DNA of 63,269 bases from Eledone cirrhosa (GCA_964016885.1 CAXHJY010001553.1:1-63269); one strand, 5' to 3'. Positions 30,829 to 44,164 are shown, counted from the stretch's first letter. The notes: generated from the sequence alone by a model not told the origin. Numbers and translations: made by a program.

Positions 30829-33439
30829 ATATGTATTTTTAAATAAGCTCCTTTACTAATGGGTCAGTTAGTTGATCTAATACCAGGCATTGACTGATCT
30901 ATTCCTTTTTGTTCCAGTCACAATTGATACCTTTGGTGTCCTTGGTCCCCATCAAATTGAGACGAGAGCATCACACTTGAGAAAGTGGTGTAGAGTTTTC
31001 CCTTTCCCCTTTCTTCCATCTTTTATCACTTTTTATTATCATGATATCATAAATGTATATTAAGTTGATCTCAAATTAAACAATATATAAATTTAAGGTG
31101 AGATCATAAACATGATGTTCCATTTAGCTATACTGGTTTATATGATCTAATAATTATTCAACAGTAGTGAATACTTTCCCAGAATAATATGCATTCTAGT
31201 AAAATGAAGTACTTAATTTTTTTATGAATATAGTTTAGTTCATAGTATTTATATAGCTTAACAATTTCACCCTCCCTACAAATCTTGATTCTTTGGTTGT
31301 AAATCTGAGAGGTCTCACAAAAACTTTATTAATTTGGTACACACTTTCTAAAACAGTACATACAATGCAGGCCATACACAATGTAATATACTCACATGGC
31401 TATGTAGCTTTTACAATCTAATTTAGCATTTAAACCTGCCATATCCAGTCAGAATTCTCTCACCTCTTTCTGTTGAAACCAGTTGTAACTGGTTGCTCAG
31501 ACTGATGTTAAGGTATTGTCTCAAAATAAATATCAAAATCTCATAAATTTAATATTATGTGAGGTAAAGCCTTTACCATGAAAATATAATAGTAAATATA
31601 GAGTAATGTAAATGCTAAAGGGTTAAATAGACCCGACTGATTGTATGTTAGAAGCAACAGATGGTTATCCACAATCTATAGATTAACAATGGAGAGAGCA
31701 GAACAAACTAGCTGAGGATGTTGTAATGTTTATAATGGATAGTTGACAAGAATATCACAACAGAAAATAATTATGTACAAACATCAATGCAGATAAGTTA
31801 AAAAAGAGAGAATAAATACTTTTTATTGACTAACTTAAAACCTTGAATGTTTCCCATGTAACAACTTATTTACCTCTTTTATCTGCAAAGAGTTACTGAT
31901 CCATTATTACGAGGCTGGTAAACATACAAGTTTATTGCTAGTGAAGAAACTAGCAATACATTTCGACTACTAGCAATACATTTCGACTAAATGATTCATC
32001 CAAAAGTAAGTTATTTGAGTGGTCCAAATCACAAGATGGAAGAACGAAAAAAAAAATACCAAGCAAGAATTTAAGAAGAAACTATGCTCCAGATCTACCA
32101 GAAAAAGACATGCCTCAAATGAATATTTTCTCAGAAACAAAATATGTCAGTAATGGAGCAAGAATGTGTCATCAAATGTCATTGGAAAATCCACAAAGCC
32201 CCGAATAATTTTTATCTCTTTTTATTTGTTGGATCTAGAAGATTCATTATTGTGTTCTATGGTGTAGGCATAAGATAGTCAGCTGCAGGATGTTATTGGG
32301 ATCTATTTGTACTTTACAGTGACATAGCTGCTTTTTGTAATCATTTAATTACTCCAATTACCTCTAATAGGTTCAACGATTCTAGAGCCTCTAATATGAG
32401 CTAGTCGTTAAAACCAAGCAATACTTGTGTTCAATTGGTTTAATAAACCAATCAAACTAAATACAATGCACAAGCTAACAATCTTTCTACATGTTCTAGT
32501 GGATATTCCTCTCTCGGGCCTTTCATTATGCTGTAAGATAATGCTTCTAAAATAATCTTAAAAGGTTTGTTTAGGTCAGTACGCCTCAACACTAACTCTC
32601 TTTTACAGCCACAAATGGTTGAAAACATTGTCTAGTGCCATCTTTGATCTGTTCTTAAAATTTAGTATAATGAACATAGAATTGGGTACAGACTTGCCAG
32701 ACTAACCTATGATGTCACAAAATGCTGACAGTACTAAGGAAAGGATAACTAGATTCATCTTTGATAAAATAAAACTTTTTTTCTTCTGATTTTCTTCCAT
32801 TTTTTCACATTAATGCTGTCTGCAAAATGACACTTTTTACAAGGTTTTATCTTCAGTTAAAATTTATCTACTTGGTCAAACACAATCATATAGTTCTTTA
32901 AATTTTCTCATTTGAACTTATAATTAGCTTATGAATAAGACATTGGTCACCTAGTATTCTCTGTAATACAATGTCCCTAAAATGCTGCCAGATGGTTAGT
33001 GCCAGGGCTATACCATAAATTAGATGGTAAACTGAATAATGATTTAATTGGTTGCTCTATTTATACTATGTGTGCAGCAAATCATTTCATAAACATATTG
33101 TATATAGGTCCTTATACACACTTATTCTGAATCACACTGTGTTAGTGCTATCACTATTTAAAATCAGTTGAATAAGCTTGCACTATATGTAAATAAGCTT
33201 TGAACAGAAATGGTTTGTTTACAAAATCTATAAAATTTACTATCTTTCATACTTCTGCATCTGGACGTGGATGAGTACCGGCAATCAATAACTAGAGTGA
33301 ACTATATGTATACACTGCTCTTACCTTGATGCCAAGGTAGCTGTGATTCACATGGCGAGAGTAAGTGTATGTTTATTATTCATATACATATTTTCTATGA
33401 ATCCATATATCTTTTCTTCGCCCACTTATTCCTGAGATG

Positions 33440-33600
33440 GTTGAGGGGGCAGAGTCCTCAAACACTCCCCGCCAACGGGTCCTGCCAGAAGCAACAGTCT
33501 CCAACTGATCCGGCTGGATCCACAAGAATGACCAACCAAGATCATGGATGTTATCCAACCATCTTGCTCAGGGTCTACCACTGGGTCTCCTACCTGTTGG
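33440..33600 (-). mobile_element. LINE ORF2 C-terminal remnant (RTE-like)
   Basis: GRRPSGRP*ARWLDNIHDLGW...ASGRTRWR resembles the R-x-x-GRP..W / DR..WR tail of LINE ORF2s. Confidence 0.55.
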
Positions 33601-33819
33601 TTTTACAGGGATCCATAATTTCAGAATAGTTTACTTCCAGGAAGTAAATACAAATATCTTGGTAACATGTATTGTTTAAAATGTTTATTTTATTCCTCTT
33701 GATCTAACATAAAATATAAAATTGAAAAATGCTACATCATCTTCAAACGTTATATTACAGCCATATTTACACTGGATAAATGAATACATTTTCCCTAAAA
33801 CACTGAAATTTAGGCACCA

Positions 33820-34294
33820 GGATGACAGCTGCATAAAAAGCCTTGGAGTGAGGAGATCCAAAAAACGTGGAGTGAGGTGATAAAAGCTGACCTTGCCCAA
33901 TTGTACCTCTCAAAGGCGATGACACAGGACCAAGACCTCTGACGTTACGCAGTAATACAGAAGACCCAGCTTCCCACAGGTACAAGCCGAAGCTGAAGCA
34001 TATAGACAATATGCTGCCACACCCTCCCACTGCAAAGTGGTCGTGGAGGTGTCATGACAAAAAACACCCAGTCCATACTGTAAAGTGGTCGTGTAGGCAC
34101 CACAGTAAAATAGCACCCAGTACTCACTGTAAATGAGGTTTGTGTTAAGAAGGGCATCCAGCTGTAGAAATCAAGCCAAAATCAGTTCCTGTATGAGCAA
34201 GACATGGTCACCCGACCTGACATTGCCCACAACAGGACAACCTGTTTAACCCATGCTAGCATGGAAGAATGGTCGTAAAACGGTGTTGATGATG

Positions 34295-34297
<3 letters not shown>
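33820..34297 (+). mobile_element. RTE-tail/SINE composite repeat ending in (GAT)n
   Basis: Reverse-complement similar to 52655-53150; contains AAGGGCATCCAGCTGTAGAAA; partial copies at ~27180, 46730, 48730, 50070, 61035. Confidence 0.7.
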
Positions 34298-34334
<37 letters not shown>

Positions 34335-34398
34335 AAAGGTAAACAGAAATAACAACACAATCGGTACAGTATATGGAAAGGATATAGCAGGAAGAGGG

Positions 34399-34433
34399 CC
34401 TTAACGTTTTGGACGCTAGCCCTTCATCAGAAG
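34399..34433 (-). ncRNA. Degenerate minimal hammerhead ribozyme (G12>A)
   Basis: CUU-CUGAUGA-A-GGGC(UAGC)GUCC-AAAA-CGU-UA-AGG; palindromic AACGUU stem III; catalytic G12 replaced by A. Confidence 0.55.
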
Positions 34434-35232
34434 AAAGAATGAGAAATAAGATAGAGTGAGGGGACAGGCGGGTTGGAATTGGGGAAAAATGTCTTTAGAT
34501 AAAAATAACAGGTCCATTCATGTTGACATCTCTTGCAGTATATATCATAAAAATTATATTTGGGAAACGTAAATAAGATAAAGAAATATTTACCTATTTA
34601 TTCAGAACGCCCCTACTGTAGTTTCATTGAGCAAAACTCAGCATTGAGAGTTGAGAAAATCTCAACACATCAGGGAACATATTCAAACAAGGATTTTAAC
34701 TGAGTTATCTGCTACCAGCCATAGTCTCGAACAGGAGAATTATCACTGATTAGCGTCCTACAGAGGGGCAGCGGTATATGAACAATGGCAAGTGAAAGGG
34801 ATGCTAAACATGGCCGTCTGATTCGGTCAAATTCTTTACTGCATATATATGTACACACATAACCACATTATATATATATATTTCGTCCCTTCTCTAGAAG
34901 TCTTATATATTGTTTATGTGGGCTGATAGTGATTTGATTAAGGAATTGCAGAAACCCAAGAAGCTAGATTTTAACATCTTTCTAGCGGGTCCGGGTGAGT
35001 TTTTTACATTCATTTAATTTATTAATTTATTGATATTTTATTTGAGTGACCCGAATCTTCCTGGTCGTTCTTTTTCGGCTGCACGGGTGATTTTAGGCAT
35101 GATCTCTCTGTGTTGGTATTTTAACGATAGTTATAGCTCTGGTTTATCCAAACTATTGAGCCCTCTGCCACACATGGCAGATATTGTTTATCGTGATTTC
35201 GTGGGCCGATATTCCGATTCTTGATCATTCTA

Positions 35233-35274
<42 letters not shown>

Positions 35275-36122
35275 TAATAATAATAAATTTGAAGACTAAA
35301 ATCCAAAGAGGGCTCGACAAGGATAAATATATATCAAATATATAAGAACCGTAGAGCAAATATTTATTAAAATAACAGATTAAAGTTTAAGCAAAGAATC
35401 GCTACTTTCACCCTTAACGGGATCTTCTGAAACTAACAAAGCAGCGATTCTTTGCTTAAACTTTAATCTTATTTTAATAAATATATATATATATATATAG
35501 GAACGAGTAGGACCCCGACGGCTGAGCTCAAGCCGTTTCGACGGCTAATTCTGGACAGTCCAGAAACTAGTACAGCGTTCCTTTGTCAGTGTTGAACAAA
35601 CGAGCAACGATCGTTGCTAGACACTACGGCTTAATACGGGATGTTTGTTTACAAACATCCGTTTTACAGAGGAATTAAAAAAACAAACATTGCAAACACC
35701 TAAGAGGTCCAGAAAAAAAAATAAAGAAAAATAATTTATTTCCCACCAAACGTGAGAGTTGTGTATAGCTGCGAAACTCCGATGGTCTTTTACCCCCTTT
35801 CACGCTACTTTTTCTACAAATTTAATCGTTTTCGATAAAAAAAAAAGTCACAGGGAAAACTCCGAGGTAGGGAGGGGGGGGGGGAATTATCCGAGATGGG
35901 GAATCACCCCATCCCCTCCGTTCTCCTGGAAAAAAGTCGATTGCCAGAATCTTGAAGGTTACATTAGTTGATAGCAGACGGAAAAAAACGAGAAAAAACA
36001 TTTTCCCCACTGAAATCGAGTAGGGTGTTCTATAAATTTCCCCTACAATATCAAGCGTTAAACTAACATATCTCTTCATTGTACTGTGTTGTTTCCGTTT
36101 ACTTTTTACACGCACACACACA

Positions 36123-36169
<47 letters not shown>

Positions 36170-36944
36170 CAATTGTATATCTAATTCCAACAATCATGGC
36201 ACTTGCTATCGTTATATTTATATAGGCGAGGGATCGTATTTGGGTCGAAGCGTGTGTAAAGACATCCACCAGTAACTTTTTTCTTCTTTTATCACCAATT
36301 TACCTGTGATAGTGATTCCGACTCTCTTCCTCTCACCCAATAAGACTCAGCGTGCGAGAGGGAGTGCTAAACAGCGACGCAAGTTTACAAACTAACATTT
36401 AGACGTCTTGCCAACGTTTTTCACCTCACCTCTCCTTACTCCACCCACATCTACACAATTCTTTTAAGCAAGGTTACATACATATCTGTAGACAAAAATA
36501 TATAAAGAAATAAATAATAATTAAAAAAATAACCTGCTTGTGAATCTATATACCTACATACCCAAAATTCGTACATTCATTGAAATACACACAGACTTGC
36601 GCAGAACTTCATAGCTAACTAGACTGGCGTGCGTAATTATTTACAGGTAAAAGTTTTGTGCAATAAAATAACAAAAATAGTAGTAGTAGTAGTGGTAGTA
36701 GTAGTAGTGTTAGTAGTAGTGTTAGTAGTAGTTGTTGTTTTGTTGATGTTGTCGAAGGAGTAGCATTGGCAGTAAAGAAACTAATAAATAAACAGATCAA
36801 CAAATAATATCAAACTGGAGTTGTAGGAGACGCAATACCATTACTTCGTAGTTAAACTAACAACAATTGTATTTTATTAAAAGTTATTAAAAACAGTTTT
36901 TCGGACAGAACTTGTAAACATCGTTTATTTATTGTTTCGCGTTA

Positions 36945-38425
36945 ACGTTCTGAGTTCAAATCCCGCAGAGGTTAGCTTTGCCTTTCATCCTTACAGGGCC
37001 GATAAAATAAAGTACCAGTAATACACTGGAGTTGATTTAATCGACTATACCCCCACCCCGTGAATTGTTGGCCTTGTGCCTAAATCAGAAACCATTATTA
37101 TTATTTCATCCTTACAGGGATAAAATAAAGTACGGGAAATACACTGGTTAATTGCTGGCCTTGTGCCAAAAGTAGAAACAATTATTATTATGAGGATTGG
37201 CAGAATCGGTAGAGTGTCGGACAACATGGCTTGTGGAATTAAGTTACATCCCTTTACGTTCTGAGTTCAAATCCCGCCGAGGTTGGCTTCTTTGCCTTTC
37301 ATCCTTATGAGGTCGATAAAATAAAGTACCAGTAACGCACTGAGGTTCGATTTAATCGACTTTGCCCTTCTCTTCAAATTTTTGGCCTTGTGTCAAATGT
37401 AGAAACAATTATTATTGGGTGAATGTGGCAAGATTGCGAAAGAAAAAAAAAATCAAAAAAACTTGAAAGATGAGAGAAGTGCTGCCCGTAAGTACATTTA
37501 CTAAAAGGTGTGTGAATGAGACGAGAATGGCCCGTAAAACAAAATGTGTAGGTGGGTATTAGCGACAGCTCGCTGAAGGTGTAGATTAGATGCAAAGAAT
37601 ATTCGATGAAGGTATAGTTGTGTGTAAAATATAGATAAAACGAAATTAAGGTGCGAAATAAAGGTGTAGTAAATAACTGTTTCTACTTTTGGGACAAGGC
37701 CAGCAATTACTCAGTACATTACTGGTACTTTATTTTATCGACCCCGTAAGGATGAAAGGCAAAGTTAATCTCGGTGGGATTTGAACTCGGTTCGTAAAGG
37801 GAAAAAGTGTAGTAAATAATGATTTCTAGTATAGGCACAAGGCCAGTAATTTGGGGGAGGGGGAAGTCGATTAAATCGACTCCAGTACATTACTGGTGCT
37901 TTATTTTATCGACCCAGTAAGGATGAAAGGCAAAGTTAATCTCGGTGGGATTTGATCTCAGTTCGTAAAGGGAAAAGGTGTAGTAAATAATTGTTTCTAC
38001 TTTAGGCACAAGGCCAGCAATCAACCAGTGCATTACTGGTACTTTATTTTATCGACCCCGTAAGGTGTAGTAAATAATGACATTACGTCGGAGATATTAT
38101 ACATGTTTCGTTTTTATTTAAAAACAAGGTGTTTATTTTTGTTTACTCTGTCGTATTTTCATTACAAAAAAAAAAAAAATGTGTAATGCTAAATTGTGTT
38201 CCAAATATCTCTCTTATCTGTTTGTCTGTCTCTCGATCTATATCCCTGCCCATGTATCTATACCTCTGCCAAGCTACATTATTTATCTGCATTAGCTCCC
38301 TTTACATTCTGAGTTCAAATCCCGCCGAGGTTAACTTTGCCTTTCATCCTTACGGGGTCGATAAAATAAAGTACCAGTAATGTACTGGGTAATTGCTGGC
38401 CTTGTGCCTAAAGTAGAAACAATTA
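36945..38425. mobile_element. Cluster of about 7 Meta-domain-like SINE copies/fragments in both orientations
   Basis: Repeated GAGTTCAAATCCCGCCGAGG..GCCTTTCATCCTTACGGGGTCGATAAAATAAAGTACCAGT on + (36945, 37100, 37196, 38300) and - (37675, 37815, 37985). Confidence 0.85.
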
Positions 38426-38496
38426 TTTATCTGCATTAGCGCTATTTACATACAACTACATTTCTACCTTATGTGATATGTGTTTAGTTCGCTTAC

Positions 38497-38578
38497 CTTT
38501 TGCCATACAATAGTCAGGGCCTTGTGATATTTCATTAAGTCCAAAGAGGAAGAAAAACAGGAGCAGTTTTACATCCAT
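38497..38578 (-). CDS. Putative first coding exon of an unidentified secreted/membrane protein
   Basis: ATG at 38578: MDVKLLLFFFLFGLNEISQGPDYCMAK+G, then strong donor AG|GTAAGC; signal-peptide-like; downstream exons not resolved. Confidence 0.45.
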
Positions 38579-38644
38579 CGGGAGTTCACGGTATTAGAAT
38601 AACTTTTTAGTCCATTTCGATTTTAAGATAATTATATCTGTCGG

Positions 38645-38680
38645 ACTGTAGGAAGTCGGTCGATTCTGATTGGCCAAGGA
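38645..38680 (-). promoter_or_regulatory. Putative promoter (CCAAT box, ETS-like site) upstream of the 38578 exon
   Basis: GGCCAATCAG on the minus strand ~90 bp upstream of the ATG; GGAAGT motif nearby. Confidence 0.3.
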
Positions 38681-38956
38681 GTAAAGAGAGAGAGAAAGAG
38701 TGAAAGGGAAAGAAACAAATAACTGCAGGATAACGAAAAGAGGGGAAACAGAGATACAGATAGTTAGATAGGTACATAGACAGATATATTTCTTTATAGG
38801 TACATAGACAGATAGATAGTTAGATGATGGACGGACAGATGGAGAGATATGTAGAAAGATTGATTGGTAGTAAGATAATTAGATAAATAAATAATGTTAG
38901 ATTGGTGGATAGATATCTATCTTTATTTATTTATTCCATTATAGATCAATAGAGAG

Positions 38957-39051
<95 letters not shown>

Positions 39052-40190
39052 AGAGTGAGGATTAAGTAAATTCTAAATAGGAATATCTATATGATACCCC
39101 TAAGGTAGGTAGGTGTATAAAGAAGGCCCCCTCACACGAAAGGTTGCGTTACACTCACGTAGAGCTATGGATTTGGGTGCAGTCATAAGGTGTGGTATTA
39201 TATATATATAAGGTGTGGTGCATGCTCCCGCATATTCTGACTTTGGTAAAACTGACTAAGCGATAATAGAAATATGTATTTTTGAGTAAGATATGACCAA
39301 TATTTCTTAGAGTCGGGTAATCGCTTGAATTCATCCACTGTATGAGTAGATCTTATTTTATCGATTCTGGAGTAATGTAAAAATAAATAAATGAATCTGG
39401 TGGGGTTTTTAATAGTGACCTACTGGGAATGAAATCAAATCCCGAGCAATTAATATACCCCTTTATTCAGTTACTTTTTTACCTGTCACAGCACATGGGC
39501 AGTAGCCATGCCGAGGCAATGCTAATATCTTTGATGATTAAAATACAACTAAAATCATAGAAGAAAGAGAATATGAAAGAAGGTAAAGCGATTAAGAATT
39601 TATAACATGGACAGAAGGAGGGTGAAATGCACTGGAGAGTAACGCAAGACAGGATAGGTATAATCAGTGGTAGGAGTATGCGGGATAAGTTATAACCTAG
39701 AACTGTCGAATTTCGTCTAAATATTTATTTTCATGCAACATCCTGCCCTACCCAATACGCAAGAGTTTATCTAGTAAACTGAACGCTTTTATGCGTGTTC
39801 ACACATAAATACACGCGCATACACGTGTACACACTAACATCCTAACAAGATATGAACATGGGTGCAATTGCACAAGCACTGCAGTATACACACACACACA
39901 CACACAAATGTATATCTATCTTTATACGCACGCACATATATATAAATAAATTTTCATATATGTATGTACGTATGTGTGTGTAAAAATATTTATATATATA
40001 TGTACATATATATATGAAAATTTATTTATATATATATAAACATTTATTTATATGTATATATATATATAAACATTTATTTATATATATATGAACATTTATT
40101 TATATGTATATATATGTGAAAATTTATTTATATGTATATATATATATATATAAATTTATTTATATATATAAAAATTTATTTATATGTATA

Positions 40191-40232
<42 letters not shown>

Positions 40233-40734
40233 AAAATTTATTTATATGTATATATATATATATATGGAAAAGGATGAAACAAAATTTCATTTCTCACTCT
40301 TAGTACGGCTGATACTTAAATATAAGTATGTATGTATACGTACATACACATATGTATACAGACGTACAGTAGTATGTATATATATACATACATGTAAACA
40401 TATGTATATGCACGTATGGGTTTACCGAACATTTATTATAATGTTCGGTTTGTTTGTAAACAAACAGCCCGAATTACGCCGTACAGGATGATTGAACGTT
40501 TGAAAGTATATACTTTCCTTATGCATATTAACGGCTGAGCAGCCTAATTTGCATATCGAGTGAGTTAGTCGGCCGTGCGAACCGAAAACGATAAATGGAA
40601 AAGGATGAAACAAAATTTCATTTCTCACGTTTAGTACGGCTGATACTTAAATGTAAGTTTGTACACGTACATACATATATGTATACAGACGTACAGTAGT
40701 ATGTATATATATACATATATATATGAAAATTTAT

Positions 40735-40786
<52 letters not shown>

Positions 40787-40996
40787 TATAAAATTAGTCC
40801 CTCATCAGTGATTTGCCAACAATCATTGGTATTTCATCGCATTATATATATATATATGTATATGTATATATACCAATTTAAGATATCAAAACATCAAATA
40901 TGTTTGATATTTGAGCGTCTCAATAAAAAAGCTCAATACACGTTTGTCCAGAGCTATAATAATTCAAGTTAAAAGTTATATGTATATATAAAAAAA

Positions 40997-43038
40997 ACAT
41001 CCCAAAAGTGCAATTTGGGAGACTGCAGCAGTCCGTCTTGCCAGAAAAGAACGTCGCAATGCTGACGTGGGTACAAACTGCACAAATCAGACATTAAATG
41101 ACGAGGCGAAATAGATCGTCCAACCACCTCAAACAGGTGACAAAAAAGGCAGTGCTTCAATTTGAGCAGCGCATAACAACCAGCCCTGATAGTAAGGTGT
41201 TCTGGAAGTATGTTCACTCAAAGCAGAGGCCTCACTCTCCAGTTGGTCCTCTTCACAATCCCCACACAAGCCAGGTTACTGACGACCCCAAGGAGTGCGC
41301 AGAGCTCATTGCTGAATGCTATGCAGGCATTTTCACTATTGAAGACCAGAGTGTACCGTCCCCACCACCTATGACACCGGATTCTATTACAACCATGGAA
41401 TTTACACCTGCAATGCTGCGACGTCACCTAAAAAATAAACGCAACCATGCCTCTCCTGGTCTTGATGGTGTTACGTACTTGCTTCTTAAACGTGGTGGGT
41501 ACTTTCTTCTGCACCAGCTATCACGCTTCTTCCAAATCTGTCTAAACAACGGTGCTACTCCAGAACAGTGGAAAACTGTCAGTGTCATTCCTCTGTTCAA
41601 AAAGTGTGACCGCACATCACCTGTGAATTATCGTCCAGTCAGTCTTATTAGTTGCATTGCCAAACTGATGGAATCCTGTGTCAGAGAAACACTTTGGAAC
41701 TTCTGGAACTCTCAGTCTTATCCGGCCCTCGCAATTTGGATTTATCCCCAACTCCAGCTGCTGTCATCAACTTATCGAATTTCTTGAAGACATCACCCGG
41801 ATCACTGATGGCGGCTCATGGGTGGATGTTGTTTACCTTGACTTCAATTCTGTGCCACACAAAAGGCTTATGGCAAAACTCTCTGCAATGGGTGTGAAGG
41901 ATGATTTTTTTAACTGGTTGAGGTCCTTCATTCTCAGTCGAAGAGAGGTAGTCACGGTTCTGGGACATCATTCCTCACCATATAAGATGTCATCTAGTGT
42001 ACCACAGGGATCTGTTCTTGGCCCCCTTTTGTTTGTGGCATATATTAATGACATAGATGCCAACTTAAAGAATGCCACAGTACTAAAGTACGCAGATGAC
42101 ATCAAGCTGTACCTTGAGATAAAAAGGACAGATCCTGAACACTATAGATCTTGCTTGCAGTCTGACCTGGACACAATGCAACAATGGATCTCAACCTGGC
42201 AACTCAAGCTAGCTGTGGACAAGTGCATCACCATGCATTTTGGGAGTAAAAATCCAGCGTCCACATACTCCCTCCACAGCACTAATATCAAGAAGTCTTC
42301 TTGTGATCGTGACCTGGGCATTACGGTCAGCAGCGATTTGCGTTGGACGAAGCACGTCTCTAAAATTGTCAAGATGGCCGAGGGTGTCTTAGCATCACTC
42401 AGCAAGACCTTTGTCAGCTATCTATTTAAGGCTGTACATGGCTATGGTGCGGCCACACTTAGAATTTGCATCACCAGTCTGGAACCCCTATCTTGCTCAG
42501 AACATTGACCACCTGGAAACTGTTCAGAGACATGCAACCAAGCGAATACCCGCCATCAGGCATCTACCATACTCTGTGGGCCTTGCTTCCCTGGGCATGG
42601 ATACATTGAAGCTCCGACGCCTGGCAGCTGACTTGGTAAACACCCACAAAATTGTTAACCATCTTGCGAACAACAACTCTGAGTACCTATTTGATTTCCA
42701 TGTGTCTAACACACGTGGGCATGCCAACAAAGTCAGAAAACAGTACAGTTCCATGACTTTCGGAAACATTTTTTCACGCTCAGAGTTGCTGAAGCATGGA
42801 ACAAACTATCTGCATCGGTTGTTAGCTGTCGAGACACTGCATCCTTTAAGGCCTCCATGCTTCCCGAGATTCGCCAACACTACACCTAATGTTCCCCCTC
42901 CATACACATACACACATGTACACCATGACACTATTCACCATGACACTATTCACTTCCCTGACATTTGTATATTATTCCATGTACTATACATGCACCTTTG
43001 ACGAGTTGTAGTGCACCTGAGCACTTTACTCAATAATT

Positions 43039-43069
<31 letters not shown>
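40997..43069 (+). mobile_element. 5'-truncated, frameshifted CR1 LINE (second family) with (ATT)n tail
   Basis: Three overlapping ORFs with SPGLDG, NYRPVSL, QFGF, DVVYLDF, VPQGSVLGPLLF, YADD, RDLGI, VRPHLEFASPVWNP; tail 43041-43069. Confidence 0.92.
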
Positions 43070-43071
<2 letters not shown>

Positions 43072-43072
<1 letters not shown>

Positions 43073-43262
43073 GGGCGGTGAATTGGCAGTATCGGTAGAG
43101 AGTCGGACGCCATGCTTTCCAGCATAGTTACGTCCCTTTACGGTCTGAGTTCAAATCCTGCCGAGGTTTACTTTGCCTTTCATCCTTACGGGGTCGATAA
43201 AATAAAGTACCAGTAATGCACTGGGTAATTGCTGGCCTTGTGCCTAAAGTAGAAACAATTAT
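43072..43262 (+). mobile_element. Full-length tRNA-derived SINE (Meta-domain-like)
   Basis: A box TGGCAGTATCGG, B box GAGTTCAAATCC, conserved GCCTTTCATCCTTACGGGGTCGATAAA core; many copies in the window. Confidence 0.85.
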
Positions 43263-43590
43263 TATATATATATAGAGAGAGAGAGAACCACATATCCCAT
43301 GGAAATACACAATATATTGTATATACACAAAGTACATATTTCAAAGAAAAATATCTACTACAGATGGAAACAATGAAGTTCCTTATAATGCTATTTCATG
43401 GCTTGTAGTACCGTAACTTAAAATTGATCTATGTAATCGATCACAAACTAGCGATTTTAGTTAAGTTGTGTGAAGCGCATGTCGATCAGAGGAAATTCGT
43501 CAATTGTGGCAGACAGAAAACCTAGCGCAATTTATATGTATACACACACGGACACACAATATATATAAATATATATAGGAAAAGAGTCAC

Positions 43591-43691
43591 GACCCCGACG
43601 GCTGAGCTCCAGCCGTTTCAGCAGATAGATCCGAACGTATTTAGAGTTCGGATCTAGCTGTCGAAACGGCCGGAGCTCAGCCGTCGGGGTC
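43591..43691. mobile_element. Inverted repeat of hammerhead-half-bearing terminal sequence
   Basis: GACCCCGACGGCTGAGCTCC...TCCGAAC / 9-nt loop / GTTCGGA...GAAACGGCCGGAGCTCAGCCGTCGGGGTC. Confidence 0.6.
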
Positions 43692-43785
43692 CTGACCCTT
43701 TTCTTATTACCCACTCTACTACCCTACGTATCGAGTAATCTGGTGCGTTATGGTCCACCTGGTTTCTTACCACACATTTTTTTTG

Positions 43786-43820
<35 letters not shown>

Positions 43821-43821
<1 letters not shown>

Positions 43822-44149
43822 CTTTGTTAGGTTTCGGCCAGTATTGGCCCAGGTCATGTCTAACTTAATAGCACCACCTAGCGAGGTGTTTCAAATCAGG
43901 ACTTGGACACCATGGCCCATAGTGTTTTCGGAGATATATCCGGGTCCAGCCGGTTTATCCGGAATTTCTTGAAGGAATTTGTCCAAAGTCTTTTTGAATT
44001 TTATGGGATCTGTTTTTGTTTTTATGTGTTTTGGTCTGATGTTAAAGAAAGCGGGACCAATTGAGGTGGAATAATAGTGCCGTAATGTTGTTATGAGATG
44101 CGGGTTTGATTTTTGTTGTGTGTGGATAGCACGGGGCCCAAGCCTTAGG
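43821..44149 (-). mobile_element. Diverged 3' fragment of the same LINE family as 1738-5389
   Basis: RLGPRAI...SIGPAFFNI...FKKTLDKFLQEIPDKP..PGY; 3' end abuts (TA)n. Confidence 0.88.
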
Positions 44150-44164
44150 AGGAGGATATCTGTC

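Noticed and set aside
30918-31000. Possible + strand exon after TTTTGTTCCAG
   Set aside because: No convincing donor or homology; the upstream sequence resembles decayed SINE.
33376-33629. ORFs as host-gene exons
   Set aside because: The minus-strand peptide matches a LINE ORF2 C-terminal remnant with an in-frame stop.
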